From positions 75,576-139,575 of the forward strand of contig CANKWU010000001.1 of assembly GCA_947487385.1 (NCBI GenBank): a stretch of 64,000 bases of DNA, given 5' to 3'. The DNA comes from Spartobacteria bacterium (lineage in GTDB: Bacteria; Verrucomicrobiota; Verrucomicrobiia; Chthoniobacterales; UBA6821). Of the stretch, positions 27,780 through 36,374 are shown in pieces (the first letter of the stretch is position 1; each line of letters opens with the position of its first letter). The translations under genes and the position numbers were made by a program. Under the pieces are notes generated by a model. That model was not told where the DNA came from, ran no database searches, and was given only the letters and a program-made list of their open reading frames with translations.

Positions 27780-29456
27780 ATGCAACTTCCTCCTAAAAGT
27801 AAGGACACGAGCCGCTCGCTCCAAGCTATCCTTATCCTTATAGTAATTGGACTCACGGCTTGTGCCAGTGATGCCGTCGTCAAGGTGCGGCCTCCCCGCT
27901 ATCAACTTGTGAGTTCTATGACTCCAACCGCTGGCACGGGACAAAAGATCATGCATGCGATGAGGAGTGTCCATGTGAATCCTCTCTTGGCTCTTGGCGA
28001 GAATATCCAGGCATCTCAGGAGGCGCTATCGCAGCTGAAGGCAAACCCTCAAGACTCCGTTGCCCTACACGACTACAACTTTGCCGTCTCTCGGATCGTG
28101 GGAATTATACGGGCTTCGAAACTGGATCCCTGGACGCATCCTCTTTCCGTTCCCTCTCCCTCGGGAGGGGTCTATCTGCTCGAACATAAGCCCGATTCCA
28201 GACCTCAATGGAATCCTGCTCTTTATACGTTCACCCCGGCCGATGAGTTCATGATCGGGGGCAAGTATGTCGAGGAGCATGTCTCCCGTTACGGAATCGG
28301 GGCTCCCGTGGTTGCGGTCGGCAAGGGAGATAACAAGGATTGGCGCAAAAACTACTTTACCAAGAAGGTCTATTATGGCGTGACGGCTGTGGCCAGATTC
28401 CAGGGTAACCGCTGCATCATTGCCTTCGAAGATCCTCTGGCTCAGGAGAGGACTTCCGTCAACGGACGCTCGATGGATCTGGCTGCGGATTTCACCGTTC
28501 CGCTGGCGGTGATGCTCACCAGCACGACTCACAAGGTGCCTAAGTTGGAAAGGATGCTCTTCCCCGAGAAGTATGCGGAGACGGCGCAACTCTCCCGGCT
28601 TGAGCCTTACAATCCGAACAAGGCCGTGGTCCTAGTGATCCACGGGCTGATGGATTCTCCCTCCACCTGGGCGCCGATGATTATCAACCTGCGCAGCGAT
28701 CCGGAGATCCGAAAGCATTACCAGTTCTGGTTCTACAGCTACCCGTCAGGTTACCCCTATCCTTACTCCGCCTCCATCTTGCGCGAGAATCTGAATGGGG
28801 CCGAGAAGCGCTTTCCCCTGCACAAGCCGATGGTCGTGATCGGTCACAGCATGGGGGGGTGCATCAGTAGACTCCTGATCACCGACACGGGGGATACACT
28901 GTGGAAACAGTTCTTTAAGCACGCACCGGCGGAGACCCCGCTCTCTGCATCCTCGAAGAAACTCTGCACAGAGGCCTTGATCTTCAAGCATCGCCCGGAA
29001 ATCGGCAGGGTCATCTTCATCTCCTCACCACTCAAAGGGAGTGAGATGGCCTCCCTTTCCGTCGGCAGGATAGGATCCATGCTGATCAGGACCCCGAGGA
29101 GTTTGCTCCTAGCTGGCAATGACGCCTTTAAGATCGCGACTTTCCAAGCCAATGATCTGAAGCTCAAGCGTGCTCCCAACAGCATCGACACGCTCTCTCC
29201 TAAGAACCGCTTTGTCCGCCTGATCAACACAATTCCGATCGTACCAAGCATCCCGTATCACACGATCATCGGCGACCGAGGGCGTGGCGACTCCCCCAAC
29301 TCATCCGATGGAGTCGTCCCTTACTGGAGCTCCCATATTGAGGCAGCCCAGTCCGAGTATATCGTCCCGAGTGATCATGGAGCCCATCAGAACCCGAAGG
29401 CCTTTTCCGAAGTGAAGCGGATTCTTAAGCAGAACGCTGTGGAGGAAAATAACTGA
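27780..29456 (+). CDS. lipoprotein, alpha/beta-hydrolase (lipase/esterase-like) with a long N-terminal domain of unknown function
   Basis: Start trimmed to the ATG at 27780. Lipobox is LIVIGLTAC. The C-terminal half has VLVIHGLMDSPSTW and the nucleophile elbow GHSMGG, with later D and H candidates (..DGVVPYWSSH.., ..SDHGAH..). Confidence 0.75.
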   Translation: MQLPPKSKDTSRSLQAILILIVIGLTACASDAVVKVRPPRYQLVSSMTPTAGTGQKIMHAMRSVHVNPLLALGENIQASQEALSQLKANPQDSVALHDYNFAVSRIVGIIRASKLDPWTHPLSVPSPSGGVYLLEHKPDSRPQWNPALYTFTPADEFMIGGKYVEEHVSRYGIGAPVVAVGKGDNKDWRKNYFTKKVYYGVTAVARFQGNRCIIAFEDPLAQERTSVNGRSMDLAADFTVPLAVMLTSTTHKVPKLERMLFPEKYAETAQLSRLEPYNPNKAVVLVIHGLMDSPSTWAPMIINLRSDPEIRKHYQFWFYSYPSGYPYPYSASILRENLNGAEKRFPLHKPMVVIGHSMGGCISRLLITDTGDTLWKQFFKHAPAETPLSASSKKLCTEALIFKHRPEIGRVIFISSPLKGSEMASLSVGRIGSMLIRTPRSLLLAGNDAFKIATFQANDLKLKRAPNSIDTLSPKNRFVRLINTIPIVPSIPYHTIIGDRGRGDSPNSSDGVVPYWSSHIEAAQSEYIVPSDHGAHQNPKAFSEVKRILKQNAVEENN

Positions 29457-29519
29457 CGGGATGAAGAAACTGTGCTGCGAAGCAGCTTGAATCAACTTGC
29501 AAACCGCCGTGTAGAAAAC

Positions 29520-30059
29520 CTACTCGCTGGGAGTGTATTCGGTGATCTTGGTTCCCTGAAGGCCGATCCCTCCCATCAGACCCTTCTGGCCGAAGAAAAA
29601 GGCATAAATCCCTTTTTGAAATGTTGTCGTGGACATGGAGGTGCTGAATCCGTGATCGGCCACTACGAGGCTGGGTGCGCCGCCCAACTCGAATCCGCCG
29701 GTTTTTTTGAGGTACTGGAGGGAGTGTTCATCCATGAAGAAGAGAGCGTAGGAAAACTTCTGGATCCCGGCTTGAAAGCCATAGGAAGCCGCCGTGGTAT
29801 TGTAGTAGCCCGAGGCATGTCCCTGCTGGAAAAGCACTCCGTTACCGGTTTGTGCTCCTACCATGAATCCGGCTTTGTAGACATCGGGGAAAACAAGGAT
29901 AGCCACGGCCTGGTCCCTCAGGGCACGAGCTCCAGAGTTGGACCTGCAAAGTTTGCTAAGAGCCTTTTCAGCACTGTGCCGGAGTTCAGAGGATGTCTCA
30001 GCGCGGCTTTGTGGCAGCATCACAAGAAGACAGATAAGGGCAGTCAGGATACGGGTCAT
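29520..30059 (-). CDS. SYLF (YSC84/DUF500) domain protein with signal peptide
   Basis: Start trimmed to MTRILTALICLLVMLP. The body has ..AILVFPDVYKAGFMVGAQTGNGVL.., ..YGFQAGIQKFSYALFF.. and ..GGIGLQGTKI.., typical of SYLF repeats. Confidence 0.65.
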   Translation of the reverse strand: MTRILTALICLLVMLPQSRAETSSELRHSAEKALSKLCRSNSGARALRDQAVAILVFPDVYKAGFMVGAQTGNGVLFQQGHASGYYNTTAASYGFQAGIQKFSYALFFMDEHSLQYLKKTGGFELGGAPSLVVADHGFSTSMSTTTFQKGIYAFFFGQKGLMGGIGLQGTKITEYTPSE

Positions 30060-30203
30060 GGTGATTGGGGGATTAAGGAGATGGAATCTGAGTTGGTGGA
30101 TTGTTAATAAAAGGGAGTTTATGAGATCAACTCTATTTCTTAGGCATGGAGGAAAATCTTCGCTGCGAGAAGGAAAAAGCGCTTCCTTAAGACCTTGATC
30201 CAC

Positions 30204-30563
30204 CTACCAAGAAGGGACTAGATCCGGACTCCTAAGGGGTTTTTGATTGGGGGAGGGGAGAACCTCGTCGAGTTGGAAGATATCTTCCTCTTCGGTCTCT
30301 TCGGTTTCCAGTGGAGCAAAGCGTTCGGCCTTGAATCCCCGCTCTATTCCCACCTTGTTGGTCGGGTTTTTCAACTCGGTAAGATAGACGGCGACTTCCC
30401 CGTGGTTCGCGTTGAAGTCGCAACCCGGAACGAGGTCGCGGATGTGATAGGTGTTACCCTTCTTCGGCAGCTGGTTGTAGAGGAGCTGAATCCCAAGGGG
30501 GAAGGCATCGTCGATACACACTACGGCTTGGCCTGGAAGGAACATCCCCTGATCGTTACGCAA
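30204..30563 (-). CDS. hypothetical small protein with an acidic tail
   Basis: 119-aa ORF between dinB and the SYLF gene on the same strand. No motif recognised. The start could be the second ATG (MFLPGQ..). Confidence 0.45.
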   Translation of the reverse strand: MRNDQGMFLPGQAVVCIDDAFPLGIQLLYNQLPKKGNTYHIRDLVPGCDFNANHGEVAVYLTELKNPTNKVGIERGFKAERFAPLETEETEEEDIFQLDEVLPSPNQKPLRSPDLVPSW

Positions 30564-30598
30564 GAACTCCAGCAGGTCAATTAGAGCTCCCTATTTAT

Positions 30599-31669
30599 TC
30601 ATGATTGATCTGACTCAAAAAGCTCCTGTTGTAGTTTTTCCTCCAACTCGATGTTCTCTTCCTCAAACCGCACGCCTGTTCCCAGCAACCGGACGGGGAG
30701 ATCTTTTCTCCCAAAGGCCTCGGTGAGTAGGGTCTGGTAAATCTCGACTGAGGGCTCGATGCAGAGGCTTTCCCTTGTAGTCCGGGTGAAATCGGCGAAT
30801 TTCACTTTCACGAAGGCTTTGCGGATTTTTCTCTCCGGAGCTTTTTGGCGTAACTCTTCGAGAAGTTCCCAGGAGAGTTCCGTAATGGCAGCTTGGCACT
30901 GCTCTAGGGAAACCAGATTGTCACCGAAGGTGGTCTCATTGCTCAGGGATTTACTGATGCGATGGGGTTCAACCTCCCGAACATCCTCTCCTCGGCAGAG
31001 GCGATAAAGCTCCTCTCCCCATTTCCCGAACTGCAGAACCATTTCTGGTAATGGAATTTTCAGAAGATCAGTGCAGGTCAGGATGCCGCGCTCTGCAAAC
31101 CGCTCCGCGTTCTTGGGACCGATGCCCCAGATCTTACGCACGGGGAGTGCTGCCATGAATTCCTGAACCTGCTCCGGTAGGATGGCGAACTGGCCGTTGG
31201 GCTTGCGCCAGTCGCTGGCGATCTTGGCCAACATCTTGTTTGGGGCGATTCCGGCTGATGCGGTCAGGCCCGTCTCCTCGAAGACCCGGGCGCGGATTTC
31301 TTTCGCGATGTCCCAGGCATAGCGTCCCTGCTCCGATAAAGAGGTCACATCAAGATAGGCCTCGTCCAGAGAGAGAGGCTCTACCAGCGGGGTGTAGTCG
31401 CGGAAGATCTCCCGGATCTGCTGCGAGGCGGCGCGGTAGAGCTCGAACCGGAGGGGCAGAAAGACCAACTGAGGGCAGCGTTCCCGCGCTATGAATCCCG
31501 GCATGGCGGAGCGGATCCCGAACTTGCGGGCCTCGTAGTTGCAGGTTGTGACCACACCTCGGTGACTGCCTCCACCCACGGCGACTGGTTGACCGGCTAA
31601 CTCCGGTCGCTCACGCATCTCCACCGCCGCATAGAAGCAATCCATGTCGATGTGGATGATTTTGCGCAT
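30599..31669 (-). CDS. dinB: DNA polymerase IV
   Basis: [24 protein letters not shown] and the little-finger region. 356 aa. Confidence 0.95.
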   Translation of the reverse strand: MRKIIHIDMDCFYAAVEMRERPELAGQPVAVGGGSHRGVVTTCNYEARKFGIRSAMPGFIARERCPQLVFLPLRFELYRAASQQIREIFRDYTPLVEPLSLDEAYLDVTSLSEQGRYAWDIAKEIRARVFEETGLTASAGIAPNKMLAKIASDWRKPNGQFAILPEQVQEFMAALPVRKIWGIGPKNAERFAERGILTCTDLLKIPLPEMVLQFGKWGEELYRLCRGEDVREVEPHRISKSLSNETTFGDNLVSLEQCQAAITELSWELLEELRQKAPERKIRKAFVKVKFADFTRTTRESLCIEPSVEIYQTLLTEAFGRKDLPVRLLGTGVRFEEENIELEEKLQQELFESDQS

Positions 31670-31781
31670 AGTGCCGAGAGGGATCTGATTCGCTGCTAGG
31701 TGCGAAAGATTACCATAATTACCAAAAGGCTCATCTTTTTGCTTCAGGAAGCTTCCTCTCTCTGCAAATTATGCCGCTCTT

Positions 31782-32516
31782 ATGATCATCCAGATTTACG
31801 AGATTCAGGAGCCTAAGGAAGCGGCACTGATGGCTGACTGCGGAGTAGACCATATCGGTGGGGTGATTCTTTCCCCCGATGAGTGGATGATCCCTGTACT
31901 AAAGGACTCCGTGAGCGTGATCCGAGAGGCGGGACGCAAGAGCAGTATCATTCCTCTCTTTTCAGATCCGGATGCCGTCCATCGCGTGATCGAATGGTAC
32001 CAGCCCGATATCATTCATTTCTGCGATAGCCTGAATCATGGAGTTGTGGTCGATGAGGCAGCTGTTTCCGCGGCAAATCTCTTACAGCAAGGTGTCAGTG
32101 AGCGATTCCCTCAGGTGGAAATCATGAGAACGATTCCGATCGCTCCGCCGGGGTTGGGGTCACAGGTGTCGACTCTGGAGCTTGGTCGCCTGCTGGAAGA
32201 GTCCAGTGACTGGTTTCTGACCGATACACTGCTAGTGGGTGGTGCCGCCCAACCCGTCTTTGGTCATGTCGGTATCACGGGCAAGCTCTGCGACTGGGAG
32301 GTGGCTCGGGATCTGGTAAATCAAAGTCATATACCGGTGATTCTCGCCGGGGGCCTCTCTCCGGAGAATGTGGCCGAGGGGCTTAGGTTCACACAACCTG
32401 CCGGTGCCGACACCTGCACGGCCACTAACCTGCTCGACGAGTCTGGGAAGCCGATCCGATTCCGTAAGGATCCGGAGAAGGTGAGGAGGTTTGTCGAATC
32501 CTGCCGGGCGCTCTAA
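31782..32516 (+). CDS. phosphoribosylanthranilate-isomerase-like (TrpF family) TIM-barrel protein, not in a trp operon
   Basis: C-terminal ..GITGKLCDWEVA..IPVILAGGLSPENVAEGL..AGADTCTA.. matches the PRAI phosphate-binding end. The N-terminal half is divergent. Confidence 0.55.
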   Translation: MIIQIYEIQEPKEAALMADCGVDHIGGVILSPDEWMIPVLKDSVSVIREAGRKSSIIPLFSDPDAVHRVIEWYQPDIIHFCDSLNHGVVVDEAAVSAANLLQQGVSERFPQVEIMRTIPIAPPGLGSQVSTLELGRLLEESSDWFLTDTLLVGGAAQPVFGHVGITGKLCDWEVARDLVNQSHIPVILAGGLSPENVAEGLRFTQPAGADTCTATNLLDESGKPIRFRKDPEKVRRFVESCRAL

Positions 32517-32531
32517 GGCAGCTTGCTCATC

Positions 32532-33173
32532 CTATTTTCCCTCGCGGCGGCGATTCGGACGTGGATTAGCTTGGGGATTAGGACGGGGCCGCTTGGCTGG
32601 AGCCGCAGGTGAGTCTTTTTCGGAGTTGGCTGAACTGGCTGAAGAACGCGGTTCCTCAGACTGCTCTTGACGGGGTTCGGTTTCCGAATCCCCCCGATCT
32701 TCTCGATAAGAAGGGGCTGAGGGCTGCGTGGGTACATCCTGCTCCTCGAAATCGCGCTGATGACGATCGTCTCGGTGACGATCCTCCGTAGGATCTGTCT
32801 GGTCGTGATCCTGGTGGGGTTGATTGGGTTGACGGTTATCCTGCTGGCGTCCCCGCTGCTGGCGGTCGTCGCGCCGGCCTCCCCCTCCACTACCTCCACC
32901 CTGCTGCTGATTGTGCTGACGCTGTCCCTGCTGTTGGTGCTGAGGGTTACGCTCCTGCTGGGAGCGCTTTTGCAGTGCTGAGGTAAGCTCCTTCAGCGAA
33001 GCGACAAGATGGACTCCAAGGTCACCCTCGGGTTCGTGGGCCTTCTCGATCGACTCAGCCACTCCCTCGACGGCACCCGTGAGGCTCTCTAGGGACGATT
33101 GGATGGATTTGAGGCTTAGAGCAATGCTCTTGAGGAAATCTGTGTTGGGGTCTGTTTCTGAAGTGCTCATCAA
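32532..33173 (-). CDS. hypothetical protein: short helical N-terminus plus a long Q/R/D/G-rich disordered tail
   Basis: 213-aa ORF whose ATG overlaps the DUF1365 stop (ATGA). It has low-complexity composition (..QHQQQGQRQHNQQQGGGSGGGGRRDDRQQRGRQQDNRQ..). Confidence 0.5.
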   Translation of the reverse strand: MMSTSETDPNTDFLKSIALSLKSIQSSLESLTGAVEGVAESIEKAHEPEGDLGVHLVASLKELTSALQKRSQQERNPQHQQQGQRQHNQQQGGGSGGGGRRDDRQQRGRQQDNRQPNQPHQDHDQTDPTEDRHRDDRHQRDFEEQDVPTQPSAPSYREDRGDSETEPRQEQSEEPRSSASSANSEKDSPAAPAKRPRPNPQANPRPNRRREGK

Positions 33174-34048
33174 TTTGATTGGTGATCTATGGAATTTTTG
33201 GAATCTGTATCCTGCTCAGAGTGGGCGCAGGAAGAGGGATGGTTGGCGAGAGATTTGTGAGGGCGGTGGATCCCTTGTTGAAGTTCTGGAAGGGCTTCCT
33301 TGCGATGAGCCTTGTGGCCTTTCAGCCAGAGAAGAAGGGCCTGCCAGTGGATACCAAAGATGACTTGGAGTGTCAGGAACGGGTATTTGAGCGAAAAGAG
33401 TAGGAGGTTCCGATCGGTGAGGGGGACCCTGACCCCGGTGAGAACACTTATTAGCTCTCGCTCCTCACCACGGTAGTCATCGATAAGGACCTCGAGGCGC
33501 TGGCCGGGGAGATGGAAGCGAAAATCAAACTCGAGATCGAGATCGGAGAATGGAGAAACATAGAAGTGCTTCACCACGCGACTCAAGAAGGTCCCGTCAG
33601 CCTGGAGAGGAACCAGATACGGTTTCCATTCTCCGAAGGTGTTCCCAACCTCGGCCACCGAAGTGAGGGGGGCTCCTTCCCTGTCGAAGCAGTAGTAGAT
33701 CGAGATCGGATTGAAGATGTAACCTGCGATCCTGGGTAGTGTGAGGAGCTGGATCTTTCCCACGGGCTTTGTGATCCCCTGTGCGGTGATGTAAGCGATG
33801 ATGTTTTCCCGCGCTGAGACTGGGTGAGGCACGTGACTGATGTGATCGCTTTCCCGGATGCTGTAGAGGCCGGGCCGGTTGACCTTCAGCAGGAAGAGTG
33901 ATCGGTCGATAGTCTCCAGCTCGTCGAGGTCGATCAGCAGGTAGAAGACTCGGTATAGGAACTCATGCTCTTTCGGTGCCAGTCGGCGGTGAAAAACCGT
34001 GCACTCGTAGAGGCATGAGCGTAGGCATGAGCGGAGGGGAAGCGTCAT
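33170..34048 (-). CDS. DUF1365 family protein
   Basis: N-terminal LYECTVFHRRLAPKEHEFLYRVFYLLIDLDEL, then ..NPISIYYC.. and ..HFYVSPF.., typical of DUF1365. Confidence 0.8.
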   Translation of the reverse strand: MTLPLRSCLRSCLYECTVFHRRLAPKEHEFLYRVFYLLIDLDELETIDRSLFLLKVNRPGLYSIRESDHISHVPHPVSARENIIAYITAQGITKPVGKIQLLTLPRIAGYIFNPISIYYCFDREGAPLTSVAEVGNTFGEWKPYLVPLQADGTFLSRVVKHFYVSPFSDLDLEFDFRFHLPGQRLEVLIDDYRGEERELISVLTGVRVPLTDRNLLLFSLKYPFLTLQVIFGIHWQALLLWLKGHKAHRKEALPELQQGIHRPHKSLANHPSSCAHSEQDTDSKNSIDHQSN

Positions 34049-34111
34049 TGGGAATAGGTGACTGGGAATGGGTAATCCGTCCCAGCATTACTGGGGATCA
34101 TTCTCTGCGCC

Positions 34112-35422
34112 TCAGCGCCTTTGCGCGAGCATGGTAATGACGGCCTTTGCCGTATCGAATCCCGCCATGCAGGCATCCTCATGGAATCCGTAGCGGAAGT
34201 AGCTTCCGCAGAAGAAGAGACGCCCCGCGTGATTGAGCTTCGGAAGTTCCCGCTGGGCCCGGATCGCCTCTAGGGTAAAGACAGGGTGCTCGTAGGTCGT
34301 CTGGTAAAGAATGCTCGAAGTAGAAATCCGGTCATCGCTGTTCAGGGAGACAAAGTAATCCCGCTTCTGAGAGACCCCCTGTAGGGCATTCATCCAATAA
34401 TGAGTAGCCGCGCGCTGATGAGTATCTGGCCCCTGCTCTACTCGGAAATTCCATGATGCCCAGGCCCTGCGGCATTTCGGCATCACAGAGGCATCGGTGT
34501 GAAGGGAGGCTTTGTTTTGTTGGTAATTGAAGGACGAAAGCAAGCGCTGTTGATCCTTCGAGGGGTGAGCCAGAAGCTTCAAGCTCTGATTGGCATGAGA
34601 GGCCAGGATGACAGCATCGAAGCGCTCACGGACTCCAGATGCTGTAGTGATCCAGGCGCAATCTTCCTTTTCCTCAACCGAAATAACGGGATCACCGAGG
34701 CGAGGCTGGCCCAAAGTCTCCAGCATTTTGTTCACATAGGTGCGGGCGCCTCCATCCACCGTGAACCAGGGATGGTGGGTGGTGATTCCTAGGAATCCGT
34801 GGTTATGGAAGAAGTGCAGCAGCGTCGAGGCAGGGAAGTCGAGGATGCGGCCCGGCTCCGTGGACCAGACGGCGGAACTCATGGGAACGAGATAGAGATC
34901 GAGGAAATCGTTACCGAAACCGTGCTTCTTGCAGAATGTGGCAAGATCCTCAGTGTCGAAATCCGCTTTCTCGTTCGAGGAGTCATTCTCGGCTTCATCG
35001 CGCAGCCACTTTCTGCCGACACGGAAGAAGCGCATGATCTCGGCGATTAGCATCAGGAAGCGGAGGTTGCCGAGATTGCGGCGTTGTGCGAAGAGCTTGT
35101 TCAGCCCCATCCCGTTGTACTCGAGGCCGCTTGCTGTATGCTGAACGCTGAAGGACATCTCGCTCGGCTTGATGGCAATGCCGAGTTCACTGAAGAGACG
35201 ACAGAGATGGGGATAGGTGACTTTATTGAAGACAATGAATCCTGTGTCGATCGGTATCTTGTTCCCATCCTCCGCCACGGTCACGGTGTTCGTATGGCCA
35301 CCGGGTCGTTTCTCCGACTCGAAGAGGGTGAGATCCGCAAGGTCGCGCAGTCCCCAGGCACAGGAGAGGCCTGAGACCCCCGTGCCGATAATGGCTACGC
35401 GCGGACGATCTTTATTTTCCAT
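34112..35422 (-). CDS. FAD/NAD(P)-binding amine-oxidase-like oxidoreductase
   Basis: Start trimmed to the ATG at 35422 (MENKDRPRVAIIGTGVSGLSCAW..), with a Rossmann GxGxxG. It is the usual partner of DUF1365. It overlaps the desaturase stop by 11 nt. Confidence 0.8.
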   Translation of the reverse strand: MENKDRPRVAIIGTGVSGLSCAWGLRDLADLTLFESEKRPGGHTNTVTVAEDGNKIPIDTGFIVFNKVTYPHLCRLFSELGIAIKPSEMSFSVQHTASGLEYNGMGLNKLFAQRRNLGNLRFLMLIAEIMRFFRVGRKWLRDEAENDSSNEKADFDTEDLATFCKKHGFGNDFLDLYLVPMSSAVWSTEPGRILDFPASTLLHFFHNHGFLGITTHHPWFTVDGGARTYVNKMLETLGQPRLGDPVISVEEKEDCAWITTASGVRERFDAVILASHANQSLKLLAHPSKDQQRLLSSFNYQQNKASLHTDASVMPKCRRAWASWNFRVEQGPDTHQRAATHYWMNALQGVSQKRDYFVSLNSDDRISTSSILYQTTYEHPVFTLEAIRAQRELPKLNHAGRLFFCGSYFRYGFHEDACMAGFDTAKAVITMLAQRR

Positions 35423-36347
35423 GAACCAGCATGTTCTCCTGCTTGTAGACACTTTCAGGAACACGCTTGAGATTGCTGATGACACCCAGCGCTGCTAGCA
35501 GGCGCAGGGTATAGTAGGTGGGGTCGATCTCCCACCAGTAGAATCCCTGCTGTGCCGAGGACTGGTAGCGATGGTGGTTATTATGCCAGCCCTCGCCAAG
35601 CGTGATGATGGCTAGTAGGAAGCTGTTGCGGCTGTCATCGCCCGTATCATAGCGTGGTGTGCCCCAGACATGGGCCATGGAGTTGATGCAGCAGGTGCCG
35701 TGGAAGAGCAGGACCGTACTGATGAATCCGCCCCAGACAAGCATCTGGAGGCCTGAGGTATGAAGCCCCGGGGCCAATAACTGAAGCGCGGCTCCCAGGC
35801 CGTATGTGAGTAGGGCAACCAGCAGGGGGCCGATCAGATCGAAGCGATTCAAAAAAACGAGTTCCGGAAATTTCGTCAGATCTGGTATCAGGCTGTAGTC
35901 GGTAGGGAAGTTTCTGCTGCTGGTCATCCAGCCGATGTGAGCCCAGAGAAAACCCTTCTGCTTTGGAGAATGAACATCGACCTCCTCGTCCGAGTGTGCG
36001 TGATGATGGCGGTGGACCGCAGCCCACCAGAGAGCTCCGCGTTGGACGCAGAGCAGTCCGAGAAGAGCAAAGAGGAACTGAACGGGACGGGAGGCTTTGT
36101 ACGATTTGTGACAGAAGTAGCGATGGTAGATGCCTGTGACAAAAAACATCCGGATGACGTAGAGAGCTGCGCAGGCTAATAAGGCCACAGGGCTCCAGCC
36201 GACCCAGAGGACTCCGAGGCATCCGAGATGCAAAATAATAAAGGGGAGGGCCCTGCTCCATTCCATCCTCTCGGGCATGGCGCGCGTCGCCTCGACCCCC
36301 TTGGGAAAGTAATCCGAGTCGATAAAACGGATCAATGGGCTAGTCAT
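35412..36347 (-). CDS. acyl-CoA / acyl-lipid (delta-9 type) fatty acid desaturase
   Basis: Three histidine boxes (HRYFCH, HRHHHAHSD, HNNHH) in a 4-TM protein. Confidence 0.9.
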   Translation of the reverse strand: MTSPLIRFIDSDYFPKGVEATRAMPERMEWSRALPFIILHLGCLGVLWVGWSPVALLACAALYVIRMFFVTGIYHRYFCHKSYKASRPVQFLFALLGLLCVQRGALWWAAVHRHHHAHSDEEVDVHSPKQKGFLWAHIGWMTSSRNFPTDYSLIPDLTKFPELVFLNRFDLIGPLLVALLTYGLGAALQLLAPGLHTSGLQMLVWGGFISTVLLFHGTCCINSMAHVWGTPRYDTGDDSRNSFLLAIITLGEGWHNNHHRYQSSAQQGFYWWEIDPTYYTLRLLAALGVISNLKRVPESVYKQENMLVHGK

Positions 36348-36374
36348 ACGCGTTGACGTGATTCTACACCGTCG

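Noticed and set aside
31670-31781. Looked for an SOS (LexA) operator upstream of dinB. I tested CTGT-N8-ACAG, CGAAC-N4-GTTCG-type and TGTTC-N4-GAACA-type palindromes.
   Set aside because: None of these patterns is present in the 112-bp upstream region on either strand.
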